Part shown: positions 13,101 through 28,100 of the stretch, in pieces
Numbering within the stretch: position 1 is the stretch's first letter
How the letters are laid out: the number at the start of each line of letters is the position of its first letter
From: Acanthaster planci
Taxonomy: Eukaryota
Length of the DNA: 64,000 nucleotides
Direction of reading: 5' to 3'
NCBI RefSeq assembly: GCF_001949145.1
Contig: NW_019091356.1
Coordinates: 3,826,934 to 3,890,933 of the forward strand
The notes under the pieces: generated by a model
Databases searched by the model: none
Seen by the model: the letters and a program-made list of their open reading frames with translations, nothing else
What the model was told of the DNA's origin: nothing
Program-made: the position numbers and the translations under genes

Positions 13101-16100
13101 CACCGCTTCCGATGTCCGCTTGGACCTACATTTACTGAATGTGCGCTTGTATGTACCGGGGTAAGGAGTTGGCGTTCGTCATGCGTCTCATGTTGTTGCA
13201 AAGTGACATTTACTCCCTACCTTTCCCTCGGGCCACACAGCGTGCCCTTTTCACCGTATTAATATGAGAAGTGTTGATTAATTACTCATTTAATTTGACT
13301 CTCAGTTCAGTGACCTCTCGTTTGTTTAAAGGGTTCCCGATGTCAATTCCACATTCAAACATAGTCCGGAGATATTCTTGGCAGGTGTTAGTTTAGTACA
13401 GTTCTCCACAGGGCATTAGTTCCTTGGAAGCAAAATGAATTTGAACAGGGCAGGCTTTCTTCAGCAAAATGATCAAATTCACGACAAATGAACAATTGAA
13501 ATGCACATGTATGGTCACAAGAAGTAACAGGGCACTTGTACTCAAACAGTTGTTGCACTTACACGCCTGAGACGATAGCACTTTTGTGCTCGTACATTCG
13601 GAAATCTGAACCAACGTGAACCTGTGCTGAAAACCAGGGGAAAAACCGCAAGTGTGCAATATCTTTATGCTTCCAAGTGTCTTGTGTAGTGTGTACAGTC
13701 ACTAGATCCGTGCTTCCGGTCATGAGAGTGATTCAAGAGATAAACATGATATCCATGTGATGCCCCTTTGCCCATATCTCTCATTTTTTGTGAGGAGGAA
13801 CCTTGCAAATTGTCAAATCCACTTCTGTGCCGGAACCCATCAGGCTCAGCACACACTCTCTACTCTTTGTGTGTTTTTTTTCCGAATGACATCAAGTAGC
13901 CTCATGTGCAGAGCATGGGTTCTCCTTTCCTCAATCCTGCAAAATCCCCCTGACAGACACTCTAATAAGGATCTGCAAGACTCGGGTCTCAACATCATGA
14001 CTTGCACTCCTCCGCGCCAAAGTTTCCGTGACCTTTGGAACATCCTGACCCGCGTACATGTAACATCTACTTTCTCTCATCAGCCCCAGAAGGGTCCTGT
14101 CATCCCCAGTGGGCGTTTAGAAGACACTGCAAAGCCGATAAAGTTCCCCCCAGTTCCACTGGTGGTCCAGTAAATGTATAACATGCAGACATCAGTATTA
14201 GGAATCTGCGCCGAAAATGTGCAGGGAAAATCAACGCTCTAGCTGATGGTGCATTTAATTGAAATAACCTTCAGAAATCATCGTCGCTTTGGAGATAGGG
14301 GATGCTGAATTTGGCCCGAGAACGTTCCTTGGAAGCTTCTGCTAGTAATATGGGTCGTCTCATTTTGTACGGTAAAGTTAGAGCCTGATAAGTAGTCCTC
14401 TTCTAAGTTTATGTACATGTACTGTATGAGGGTACATGAGTGAACTCCAGTCGAATCCGAGAGACTTTGTTGTTGAGCTGGGCCTTGCATGGCTTGGTTG
14501 GATACTTGGACATTTTTTGGGAGGTACATGTACAGGTGTAAATGGTACAGTGCGCTTCTCTAATCAATCTTGACAACTTCCAGAAATGTCCTAGGAAATT
14601 ACGGAAGAGACATGTTTAAATCAAAGTTGCCACTCCCTGTTTGTCCTGATACTAAGAAAATTGAAAGTCATTGCTAGATGCTGGGAGTCCCCGTTAATCT
14701 CTGAGGCAAAGCAGTCAGAATTCTAATACTTTCATGTTTGTGTTGAAAGTAAAGTTGCAGTTAGCACCTTAGGTATTCAGTATAATCTACTACTTGTCAA
14801 GGGGTGGAAAAATCCACTATCTACGACACTGTACTTACAATGATCAGCTTGTTTTTTGAGGAAAAGATTATCATTGACATGACAAGCCATGCTCCATCAA
14901 TTAATGTATGCTGTCTTGGGACTTGCCATAATTGATAAATGTAGCAACAAGGGTCTGTACTCATTAACGTCTGATCCCAAGAACACGTGCTATTCATTAG
15001 GGTGGCATGGGAGGCAAGATGCTACCAGGAAGCTGGGGGTGAATCTTGAATTATGGAGAAGGAGAGGGAGGGAGGTGTGGACCAGTAAAGGTCACGTCAG
15101 TTTGAAGGGGGTTGTACACGTGTGATTGATATTGATGGCAGCCGGAAAGGAATCTACCGTTCTTCCATGAACCTGGCCGACCTCGGTTCATCTTTGAGAA
15201 TAAACATTTACAACCCGTATTTATTGGAAAAATGGTCTTCTCATGCTAATGCACTGGTACTTTGACCATTTGTGAGTGGATGTGTTGTAGATAGATGTAG
15301 GTCATGCATTTTAATTGACACGTTCAGTCTCATTGTCGGTTTGGATGCAATTCACTTTTGGAGTATCTTCTGTCAGGCATAAAAAGCACTGAAACATGGT
15401 GTCAGATGTGCGCCCATTTTTGCATATTTTTGAAGTACAGGTATGGTGTTCGATTGGACTCGCACTGTGCGATCCTCGCAGGAAATAGCCCAAGACTACA
15501 TGCACCTGTGGTTTGATATCATTGATTAGAGCTTTCTTCTCTTTCTCTTTTCAGAGTGATCAGAGATCCGTGGGCACAGATGATCTTTGTGAGGTAAGTG
15601 GCAATGACAGTGTCAGAACGGAGACCAGTAATGTGAACTTCATCCCTAAAATCTTTTACTTTTTGCTTAAAATTGAGTTTACACTGGGCCTGGTGTCTTT
15701 CGACAAGTTACAAAGAATGGAGCTAACAAAGAGGTAACCAGTGTTTGGTGGATTTGGGAAGATTTCTCCTTAAAAATCCAGACTCCAACAAAGTGACAAT
15801 TACAGTCTGGAAAGAAGACTGACGGTTCATTAATCGTAGTCTTCATTGTAATGCTCATAGTGGTACTACAGACTCTGTGACTTGCTGACTCCAACAAATT
15901 GACAATTACAGTCTGGAAAGAAGACTACCGGTAGATTTATCATAGTCTTTATTGTAATGCTCATAGTGGTGCTACAGACTCTGTGACATGTTGGCACTTC
16001 GCCCTCCAAACCTTCAAGTATTATACTACTCATTATTGGATAGGCTGCTGATGTGATAAACTGGGTAATTAAATGATTGAGTGTTATTGTCGTAATAGTA

Positions 16101-19100
16101 CACTGTAATTACCTACAGACGAGTTCGGGAATTTTGTACTCAAACATGTCCTCCTTCCTGCAATCATATCCAAGGATGACGCAGATCTGAAGTGATAATT
16201 GTGACCATTTCCTGTGAAACTGACACAGTCAGTGCCCAAATGATCTGAACTGTCAACAACATTATATTTGCTCTGGGGGAAAAAACACCCAAAAAGGAAA
16301 CTCGTGTGGAGTTTGAGTGATTAAGCTTGCACGAAATATTGTGTTAGCAGATTATCTGGACTGCAGAAGGTTGTCTCATGTTGCACGCTCAGATTGAGAA
16401 GATTAATTACCCTGGTGCAAAAATAAATTATGGTGCCAGTTTATAATTGGAGAATGAAAGCTGTACCCCCTTGTGGGTATGCATCAGGCCTAGAAATTTG
16501 CCATTTGGGGGCAAGGTTATTTTGGCTGTTGATTTATTTGACAGAGGCATCACTGTTAATTTTCCTTTGGCAAATGATTTCACTGAGCTTTTCTTAGATA
16601 TTAACCCTAACGATGTCTAACCAGTTGAACTTCAACACCAGTATTAAAAAGGTATTTGAATTTGTGGAATTAGGGACTGGGAACTTGCTGTATGGTCTCA
16701 GATTTTGAGTAAATAGATACTGTAGGCGTGCACTTAACCTGTTGAATTTTGACTGAATGGGTACTGTTGTCCTCTCACTTTTTTCCATCAGGAATTTTAA
16801 ATGAGGGGCGATCATCTGCAATTACCCAAGTACATGTCGTGTATTTTTGAAGATAACGTACCATAATGATAGATAGCTTCCCATTGAATTGGTATGTAAT
16901 ATGTAATAATTACCTTAACAAGGACAGAGGCCATTAGCTCACCACAGTGATCCTGGCAGTTGGGGATGGATTATGCAGCGTGATGGTGTATGGGTTTGTT
17001 TGAATAGGTGCTGCTCTTTGTACTGTGCAGTGGGCCTGCCGTACCCTATCAAACAAAACCACACAGGTAAAGACCTGTTGGAGTTTGTGTGATTGGGTAC
17101 TGTTGCAGCAAGAGTACTGTTGGAGTCTGTGTGATTGGGTACTGTAAGGTTGGAGTTTGATTTCAAGGTGTTGGAGGTTGTGTGATTAGGGAGGGATACC
17201 ACTAACAGTGCTAGGGCAGTTAGGGTTAAGTGTAACCTTGGGGGAAAATGTATATCCCATCACAGTTCAATGAATTTTCAAAAATCTGCTTCTCAAAAAT
17301 GGAGTTCTACTCCCTTCCCAAAGTTTGACTTGTCCCAATTTTCAGACTACTCCTAGGAGTCGGAACAAGCCTTAAATGTGTTCCAGCTTTTGGGAAGTTT
17401 TCTACTTGGGTTTTCTTGGTTGGACATGTTCATGTATTACCTACAGCGCCTACCTGTTTCTGACAAAGGAGGAAAAAGATCTGTTTGAAATACCTATTGA
17501 TCCTATTGGAGTCAGTAGGCTTTGCACTTCGGTAGACAGATTTGAGTGCAGACCACTGCACAGTAAGAAAAATTTATAAATGCCTTTGAGGTTGAAGTCT
17601 GTCCTGAGGTCTCAATCTTACTCCTGTTTCATTAACCCTAAGAGTCCTCAGTCCTCCAACAGGTGAAGGATTGAGGACTGTTAGGGTTGATATTCCTGAT
17701 ACATGTTTGAGTGTGCCATGATGTACAGGTAGGCATAGTGTCATTAAACAGACATTCCATTTAAATAGTGTCTTGGTGGATGTGAAGCTACTGGTACCTA
17801 GGGTTGTTACGTCCCTGAATGACAGATAGAATACACCATTTTATCAAGGATGCGTCAGTTGGTTGACTGGACATGCAACCAGGTCGATGCTCAAAGTCCA
17901 GTTAATGATCGGGGCCAGCAGTCATCAGCGCAATCCTAATTATTGCTCTCTGACAGGGATAATCTTGGTGGAACCGGACACCCCGAAACCCGAACCACTT
18001 GATGCGATGCTATTCCCAAAACCCACACCACTTTCTCTATCCTCTCTGGCATCGACTGTCCCTTCCCCCGCCCTCCCGAGTGCAAATTGGCCCTTCCTCT
18101 ACACCCCCAAAGGACCACCGTGCCCCTTCTCCTCGGTCTCCGCTCTTTAATTGCCACTGATAGCCATCGCAGAGAAATGAAAGGGCCAGTCAGATGGACT
18201 TTGAATTGATGAATTGCTTTGAACTTTTTCAGTAACTAATTTTCCACCTGTGTATGTTTGGCGCCTTAACATTTATAAATCCCACTTAACTTTTTTGGAC
18301 AGCTCTGACAAAATAAAATGCAGGAAATTTTCTAATGAATAAACAGATCTTAATAAGAATTTGGAGAAGGAATGAAACTTGGAAAGTTTTATAAACGTCT
18401 ACGTGCAAACTGCAGAGTGGATTTATATGAACGGAATCGTTGGAACAGTAGACCTGGTTTGACCTGTGACACGTTGGCTCATGATTTCAAATAAGCAAAA
18501 CATCCCAAGCATCTTTTTGCACGTTTTCTCTACTATCCACAAGTGTTCCCTGACTTTTGTTGATAACTATCACCATGGTGACCATGAGCAATGCTTTGGG
18601 TCACATGCTAATCAAATGAACCAGGCGCCCGGTACCTGGTTGCATAACAAGTCTGCAGGTGGAAAAAATACATCCACCTTGATGTCAGTTCAACAGTCAT
18701 TAACCTACATGTTAAGTACAAGAACCAGACAAACCAATCTAGCTTGTATGTGTCACTAGGCTTAAAGCTTATCTGTTACAAGCAAGCAGTGACTGTGGTT
18801 GTTAAAAAGCCGCAAGTGTGCTTCAATTTTTTTTTCCAATCCCCTGTGACTGGAATTACTGTTGACAGTCAAGTGGACCAGAGACTGATGCTGTTGGTCA
18901 AACCCTCACAAGCCACGATCTTCAACATGCAAAGTTTGTATATGTCTTCGTTAACCACATCCTACCACAAAGGGGGAGGGGGAGGGGAAGGGAGAAGAGG
19001 GGGGTGATGGCCCATTTTGGAGGGAATGTATCACTTGCGTTCTGGGCAGAATTCTCATGAGCATTATCACTGAGGATGAAGTACATGTACATGTCCATGT

Positions 19101-22100
19101 ACCTGTTTCCACTTGCTACATCAAAACAAATTAAATTTGCTCTCTGGTGCCAGTAAGAATAATTAGATTACCATTAGAATGCACCATCCAGGCATTCTCT
19201 TCACGGAGAGAAACTCTCCCGCCATCTGTTCTGAATCTTCAATGGTTATAGCACGTGTAGAATATCTCTGTCCGCTCCGAGCAGGAACGAAAGAGGGCAT
19301 GTTTTAACACATTTCCCAAGCGTTGTGTGTATGCGCCCTCGTTTAACACGTACTATACCTTTCACATGTCTGTTTGATAATGCCAGTATATTCAAATTAC
19401 GTTACAGTAGCCTTTCATTTCCTATGAGTAGACTTGTAGCGACATAATCCAGTACACCTGTTACTACCAGTGGACTCATAGTCGGCAGTTGATGTGTTCA
19501 AATGACAATGACAGTCCTTTGGTAGGAATGTGGAGGCGTGTAAGTTAATGGGCATTTGGAGCAGGGCACTCTTGAGAACGTGCAACGAATTTACGCTTAA
19601 ATGTGTGGTCTTCGCACGCACACCGAACGCGCGCAAGAGCCCGGTTGGAAAACGTCTCACCAGCCTGTCTTTGATTTACCGCCGAGGGTGCACTTCAACT
19701 CGGGGTGGATGGGCATGCATAATGCAAGTAATGACACAAGTCATGTAGAGCCATGATTTTCTGCCTCCTTTTGTGGAGTCCAGTTCAGTTAGGTGCAGCT
19801 ATGACCGTGCTATAACCCGTACTGGGGAACATTTAGTGGGACATCCACAGATATGGCGTGAGCACAGAAAACAATCTGTGGCACAAGGACACTGTAGGTC
19901 TACGAGTGCAAGAGCCCTTAGTTCATAGTCGAGAACATTTGGATGAATGTGTGCACTGAACAGTGTGAGTACAAGCTGAATGATAGATCCAGAGATGTGT
20001 GGAACCATACATGTAAATGAGCATGAATACCACGGCCCTTTGCCTTGTTCCTTTGCCTTTCCAAACAGGCAAGATGCTTCACTTTCTCCATCTCGAGACC
20101 GGTTTACACATGTCCGTGTACATGTGCTTCTTTACAATGCCTAGGCTGTACATGTGTATGTGATTCTGCCTCATGCCCTACACTCGTCCACAGAGCTAGC
20201 ACACAGGAATGGGACATGCTTTGGGTATGCACATGTACATGTTGTACTCCTGACTTCTTGGATGGGAGTGATAGAATGTATTGGCAAAGCACCTCTCATT
20301 TTTTTAGTACACTGTAGATGCAAGAGCACATCCTGTGATCCCGCACCCTTGGGAAAAAATGAGGTCCAGCAGGTTTACTGTACGTTGTTCACAGCAAGAC
20401 AAACAGCCGGTGCTTTTTTGTGTGGATGTGGATTAAACGAAGACCCCCCCCATTGCCGGAGCATTGCCGGAGCTCTTGTGCATATATGCTAGCGTTGCTG
20501 GTCGTAGACGAGAGTGCATGCTTCTATTTTGGTGGAGCTGTCAGCATATATCGGCAGCATGACTTGGTAAAAAAACATCACGGAGGGGTCCCCCAACGGG
20601 CCATGTTAGCCCCACCAAAAATAAATCGCAGCATGTACCCGGGGAATGAAAAGCACCTGGTCAGGTGATGGCTGTCTGGAATTGAGGGGGAACATGTGCC
20701 CCAGCTGTCAGACCCAGTTTTGAATTCCTGTCTCTTTGAGAAAGAAAAAGAAAAAAAAAGTTGAGATCACTGCTGAATTGTTGGTCGCTCCAGCAGGACG
20801 AATGATGGTTTGGCAGTCACGTATTGTATGGGGTCCGTCGAGATGTGTTACCATGCCAGGGGCATGCAGTATGGATTAACCAATTACGACAGGTTCATGT
20901 ATGGTGCTTGTAGAACTCAGCCTTGAAAATTCATTGCCAGCAAAGCAGCTGCTTCAGATTTCAAAGATGTTCTCATGTGTGGTCAGTACACTTTGAGATC
21001 ATCATGTCAAACTTTAACACAGAATGAGTAGTAGCCTTGAATGGTTCACTTCATTACCTCAGGTAAGTTTGATTTTAGGTTGGAAATAGAAAAATGTAAA
21101 GGAAACCAAGCGATCGATTGATCGATTGATTGCAGCCAAAGACTGACTAAAAGCAGTGCAACGTTCCACCTCAGAAATCCACAAGGGGAGAAATTCAAGT
21201 TGTAGATTTAAAGAGGAGGTTTAGATTAGGACTGTACTTGGTTTACACTTCCTGCGTGGAGGGACCCGGATATGTCATTGAATTAGAGCCGATTTCTGCT
21301 GTCCGCCTATAAAACGTGAGCAAGACACACTGATCGGCAAGTTCCAAATTATCCGTTTGCCGGCCAGAAATGCCACATGAGATGAAAAAAGGCCTGTGGG
21401 AATTAGTTTAGAATTGAAGTTGTTTTTCTAAAAGGACTATTGTCTGCACAGAATCTGCTCAAAGTTTGTATATGGAATTGAAATGCACAAGTTAAATATG
21501 ATTCTTTTGGAACTGGCTATGTGGAAAGTAGGAAAAAAGAAAGAAAAGAAAATTCAACAGATATGGCAATGTCTCTTGTTCCCTGTTCAGATTTCCAAGT
21601 CACATTGCAGACTTTCCTATCTGCCCCGAGTTGAAGTGCACCCCCATGTGGGTGGGGAAGCGAGTGGGTTTGATTTGGTTCAACCTGCCCCTGGAGGAGT
21701 CCCCTTTAAAATCTCTTTTGTAATGAGTGAGACAATGCCGTGCATCATTCACTGGTTCCCTGCCTCACTTGATGCCTCCAACAGCTGCATTGCGGTCAAA
21801 GTGAGCTCACTTTGTAGGACTGTCCCGTGAAAAGTTCCGGAGGTGTTATGTTGGAGACCCTCAGCTAATAACAGAGGATGAGTCAGAGGTTTCATGCCTC
21901 GCCATCCAGAAAATGCACAGTACCGCAGCAACTCCGTAATTGGAACAAACAGGTCAATGAGAACTCGGAGGAAGGGAAGGTGTTATCTCCCCTCCCTCCA
22001 ATTTATAGCAGCTTTAGACCTGAGGACTTATTTTTCTCCTCTAAGCTTCTTTTACTAAGCACATCCATGAGTCCTCGAAAAAAGCACCACTTTGCAAGAG

Positions 22101-25100
22101 CCCAGTGACTCAGTCTTTGTACGAGAACTTTAAGAGCAGTCAAGTCCCATGCATGTAAATGAATTATTTGTTTCATATTCCGCAATCATTCAAAGTCCCC
22201 TTGATTGATTTTTGAAGGATCAGTGGTCGATACTGTAAGGCTGATTCAGCATTCCTCAAAACCTGTCTGCTTTTTGTGAAGTTTGGAAAGTTCCCCTCCT
22301 TGCGAAAATCTGTGGATTCTAACCATCCATTGTTCTCTGTATTTTGTCCCTCTTGCATCTGTTCAGGATTCAGACGGCGGTCAGCTAGATGCTGAGGTGG
22401 CCCGCATCGAGCTACGAGAGGCCCGTTCCCGTATCCACCAGCTGGAGGAGAACCTGTACGGCAAGCAGGCCGCCCTGGAGCAGGTGCAGCGGGAGATGGA
22501 GGAGCTGCGAGCTGGTGCTGCAGCTGCTGCGCTGACCAGCAGTAATGGTCCCAGCAGCAACGGCAGTGGCAAAGCTGAGGTGGGTAGGATGGCGTCGTTG
22601 GCCGTGTCCTAAAGTTATGTCTGCGGCTCAAGATAACATGTTCACCTATGTAGGTCAGTGACTAGCAGCTTTTGCCATAGCCTATAGACCTGTGTATTAG
22701 AGCCACAGCCAGTTGCTCTGTGCAAAGCTTTTTCAGTCAGATACGGAACCACAGGTCACATCCAAAACTCATCTCACAACAACACTTTACAGTCGGCTTG
22801 CACTGGTGCCCTAGATCCCCGAGTTTATGATGAGATCACTTATTAAGTCGGCTAGCCGGTCCGAACAAGCTGAAGAGTTGACTTGCTAAAGCATCTGCAT
22901 TAGCGGGCATAAGGTTGCAGGTTCCAGCCCGGGTTCCACCCAAGTCCCACCCACGTAAACCTTTCCCATGGTCTTTTGGAAAGCACTGAGTGCTGAATGC
23001 AGATTTGGGAACCAGCTGCTGTGTTGGTACCAGGCTTTTGGCATGCCTAGGTACATTTATGATGAACTCTATGTTGACACCAGCCTTGGTTTAGCACCCT
23101 GCTCACTGAGGTGGGCACCATTTGCTCATTGGTCAACAATAATAAAATCTGCACTTTTTTGTGACGTGCTCAGCCTGTAAAGTGTAGAATCTACTTCATA
23201 TATACAGAGCAGAAATATCCAAGTCATTCATATACTTGGACTTAGCCTTGTTTTCCCCTCCCCTTCCCAGAGTGTCTTGCTGCAGTGTTCTGATTTCCTC
23301 TCCCAGTGGAAGAATCCAAGGACAAGTCGAAGTTGCCGCATAAAGCCCTAATCTTTTAACAATAGTTACCACATTAGCCAATTTCCTGCGTGACCAAGCA
23401 TTCCTGTGCTAAAGTTACCCCTCCGTCTCACCCCTCTCTCCTCAAGGGCAGATTGCCTTGCTGGTCTATCGGCCCTTTTCATGTCCCCTTGGACACGATG
23501 CTTACAAGTGTTCAAATCTAATTAAGAGATTGCTCCACACATGCTTGATATAATTTTCTATTTTGCACCTCCCCTTTGGGGCGGAAGCCAGCTTTGATTT
23601 GGTCAATTTCCTGGGAAACAGCAGTGCACCCCTTGGTGTGCCCCTGTAGGACTTCTCCACACTTATTCCCTGAGACGGCGGCACGCATCACCCGTAGATG
23701 AGGCCGATTAACATTGACCTTGATGCAAATTCGCTGCACCTTTTTAAACTCAATTAACACCTCCCCCGTATACCGAGGTGCGATCTCCCCTTGCATGTCG
23801 TAAATTGCGACAGACTGTCTGGAACAACGAGGGTAAAGTCAAAACTGTTGTCTTTCGCGAGATTATTCACAGTCCCGTTGGGAGATATCTAAGATGCTGG
23901 GGGGGAGGTGGTCCCGGCAGCCTAAGCTGTCGGAGCAAATTGGCCCTAATTGATTTGACATGACACCTGAAGTGTCTGTAATGTGATACACATGATTAGA
24001 TCATCTTTGGGGATGTGTCAGTGATATCTTAATTCACACTGCCTCTGCAAGGCTCGTGAAATATCCCTTTCAAGTGTCTCTGAAATGACTAGAGTGTTTG
24101 TTTCAACCACATCTTTGTCCCGCCTTCAAATCTGTTTTGAGCCCAAATATCATGATGTGAAGTGCCTGTACATCTCTAGCCACTTCTGCCCCTTCAAATA
24201 ACCCCTTAATCTTGACCTCCCCCATCCCATACTCTGACCTTTCACCACCCACCGTCTGTGCACAGTTAAGACTGGCTTTTCTGTGGGTAGTGACTGTGAC
24301 TCAACCGTTCACAGCTGTCATACCGGTGGCTGCGTGCTGTGGATGCAGGTTGTTCTACGTGTACTTTAAATAATCAGGTGGCACCGTGCCACCGGAACAG
24401 TACAGATTTGGCCTTAGCATTTTAACAACGTTCATGTGTGTCCCCAGGTGTCGACAGCAATGCAGCTGTAAAAAGCAGCACAAGTGTAGCTTACTCATAT
24501 TCTCCTTCTCATGAAACTAATAACATGGCATTAATTTGTACTTGGGTATCAAAAGAGTTCATTCCCTATTGTTACCCTGATAATATGCCGATTAATTAAC
24601 ACTGATCCGTTACAGGTTTGTTGGTCTGTGCAACAATTTTAAGTACTGTGCCTTGTTGGGACAGTTTAAATTTGAATCAAGTCTACCTAGGCTCACATCG
24701 TGCACCGTTTGTTAACGAAATATAGTTGTAAAGTACCGTGCTCAGGAACATACGCACTCCCCGATTGTCAAATGTGAAACGCTGCTGGTATCATAACCTT
24801 CCTGGTGGCTGGACTGGTTATTTCCAACGTCTCACCTGTCTGGCAGAATTTTTACCCCCTTCCGTAATTGCTTTGGATAGGTCTCTGTTCTTACTGTATT
24901 CATGATGCATGAGAGTGTTTGTATCTCACAAAAGCATCCATTTTGCTAACTCTCGCTGGATTGGGAGTAACCGCTCTTTCACGAAGGCTTGCCACTCCAA
25001 TTTATGGCACGAACCTCGACAGCGAGACTGCCAATTTGCGGGGTCACGACCGCACGCACCACATAACTTACGAAGCCTGCCGCTATCTACATGTAGCTCC

Positions 25101-28100
25101 CAGTAATCCATTTGAAGCAAGATATGGGACGAAGAGAACCTCCCCCCTTTGTGTTGGTCATCGTTTGATCGGAATCTCAGGAATTCTTTACAGACTTCTT
25201 GGGGGGATGTGTTAGGTAACAATAGTCTAGAGTGTGTATAGGGATTGGACATGTAAGGGGGGTACCCCTCTGTCCCATATCTTGCCTGGTATACAGTAAT
25301 CTGTTAGTGAACTGGTATCACCAACCTAGGTTGTAGTGGCCATAGAAAGCCTAGTAGCTGTAACCCACTGCAGTACCTGTGTGGACTGGCGCACCCAGCT
25401 TGCCCTGTACATGCAGGTGACTCAACGAGCGGTTGTTGAATTGACCAGTGGGACAGATACGCTAGGGGGTTGGTCTGCTAACCGGTGCTTACCGGAGGTC
25501 TGTCCACTTGCCCAGGGTGTCTCCTGATGTCACTTGGAGCAGAAATCATGTGATTGGATTATGTTTGTGTGCATCGGGAAGGCCTGTGATTAGAAGCTGT
25601 CTGAGACTGGTTTGCGGTCAGATGCCACATAGGTGCCATTTTGAGTTGGCCTACTGTGACAAATCTGACGAGAAAATTTATCCGAATTGGTGGCTTTTAT
25701 TCATTGAATTAATCCTGTAAAACTGTTAAAAGGCACCACACGGACCCAAAGCTGAAAGCGGGCAAAGCTCAAAGGGAGGGAGAGGGGGGCAGTTTAGCCG
25801 ACAGCGTTGCTCTGCTCCGATCAGGAAAACCAGACAAGCGTCTGGTTCACCTACAAAGTCAAACTCGGTTTGTTTGAGGTTAGCACCTTGACGTTTTTTG
25901 CCCTTTCTCCCCCCCCCCCGTCTTAATGTGGCGTGCAAAAAGGAAAGAGAAGGGGGGGAAACCAGGGGCTAGATTGATTGCACCCTAGGTGTGCTTGACG
26001 AGTGATAGCTGGCACATAGCCACCCACCGTCACAGTTCATTGGAAGCAGTTCTCCCACCCACCCCCCCTTCTTTAACGAGATTGTCATCTCGGCAGGTTC
26101 CGGGAGGTGCAGTGCCAGCCTCCCCACTCAATCTCTCTCGGGTCTGTCTGTTGTTGCTGCCTCTTTTTTTTTTTTCTTGTTGGGGAATATTGATAGATTG
26201 AGTTTGATGGTGGAAGTTACTGGCTGACCTGGGTGATGTGTTCCCATGTTGCGCAAAGCGTCTTGCCCTCAGACGTACCGAATGCAGCACCGAAGTTGGT
26301 TCCCGGGATTTTCAGTACAAAAACATCTCGGCAACTTACGGTACAAGCCAGCTCAAAGTGGGCAGGGAAGCTAACAAGGATGGAGATTTGATTATCAAAA
26401 CCATTCACCAAAGAATATAACGGTGTTTAAGATTTGCTCGATTGCAGCATGACCGTTTGCTGCAACGTCACAAACTGGTAGTCAGGCTTGCTGTTTGCTG
26501 TGGGAATAACCATGTAAACTTGACTCCTGCAGCAAAAATGGTACTCTTGATTACAACTCCCGGAGCATTTCAGGCTGTGGGATATACTTATTTGCCGAAC
26601 TACACCGTGGGTGGCTGTGTTAGTCTAAAACAACACGTAATGGAAATAAAGGTAGCACTTCAAAGACTAACTGAAACAACAGCTGCGTAAGCTTTGCTGA
26701 ATTAAGTATCAAAGCTTTGTTGGGCAGTACCAGTCCAAAGTGCTTTGCAAGTAGGTTCACTGTAGAAATTTGCTTTGCAATGCTCTTGGGCAGATCCATG
26801 AAATATGACCCTGGTGCTGCTGGTTTGGATTTGGTGCTACTCCAAAGTGCAAAGGAATCCACAGGGTATAGCATTTAGGATTCCTCAGGGCAGTTCTGAA
26901 GCGTACACCAAACCTGTTTGGGAACACCGACTAATCTTGGAAAGTCAGCGGTGGGTTAGTGATTTGTTTTCCTTCAGCTCTCCAGGTTAAGGGTACCCTA
27001 AGGGGTAGTTAAAGATTGGATTCTAACTTAATCCAGAACTATTTGTTGTTGTTTCTTGCAGAGCTTAGAGTCTGCCGCTAAGGAGGCTGAATACAGAGCA
27101 GCGTTTGAGCAGTACAATCTTAAGGTAAATGTGGCCACCTGCCGTTCAATAGGAACACCACCCTGTCATCTGAATCAATGGGCAGTTTAGATCAAGGACC
27201 ATAGTTAACCATAGTTAGACTAACTTTGATGGAAGGCACACTTAGTCGACGATGGTTAGACTAGTCTAGTCAATTATTTGTGCCAGGCTATCCAGGTTGG
27301 TCGCATCGTTGGTTGCCATAGACCAATTTGAAAAGCACAGTGCCGAAATGACCAGTTATAAGAAAAATGCCAGGAAAACAGTATGTCACTAATAAACTAC
27401 CATTTTTACCTCTATTTTTGTTATTTTGCCCTTCCTGCGGTCACTTTTCCTCCCAGCAAGCTGACAACGGTTGACTAGGGTCGTTTGCACTTCAACTTCA
27501 CTGCACATGTGTTAAGTACGTCACGAATCAACCACTAGTTAACTCGTGGTCCTTGATCGAACTTGTCCAATAATGCACGTGTCAAATCCTAGTGGCCTTT
27601 AGTTTTGCCTTACTTTTGCAAGTTTTTTAATTTTGCAAGTACAGTGTGCACCGTTGCCAAAGAGCTTGTGTTTGGAAAATTGAAGGCTGGCTTGGTCAAG
27701 GACTTCATCCACCTACCTCCTGCGGGGACGTCCTTGCCCTTTGACCTGTATAAATGCCCCGATAGCAGGCTGGATTGAATCATGCTCAGCTGTGGGTCCG
27801 GTAATAGAAAAAAATTCTGTCAGCACCCGTCAATTTTTTTTTTATCAATCCAACGCTGTTATCACCACGGCATTGAAAATCCTTTTTTTTTTAGTAAATA
27901 ATGAATTTATTGAGATAACGTGTAATTGAATTCAAATACATGTAATTGTACGCTTCCTCTTTTCTTCCTCTTATACTCTTCTCTCCCCCTTCCCCCTCCC
28001 CCCCCCGACAAAAACCATTCATCCTGGATGCCGCAAATAGCTGAACTCATTTTTTTTTTTGAAGAGTTGGGAAAAATCAGTATGACAGGCTGACGACAGA

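Noticed and set aside
16601..17229. Interstitial telomere (TTAGGG/CCCTAA)
   Set aside because: Only single hexamers, occurring as parts of inverted element termini, not tandem arrays.
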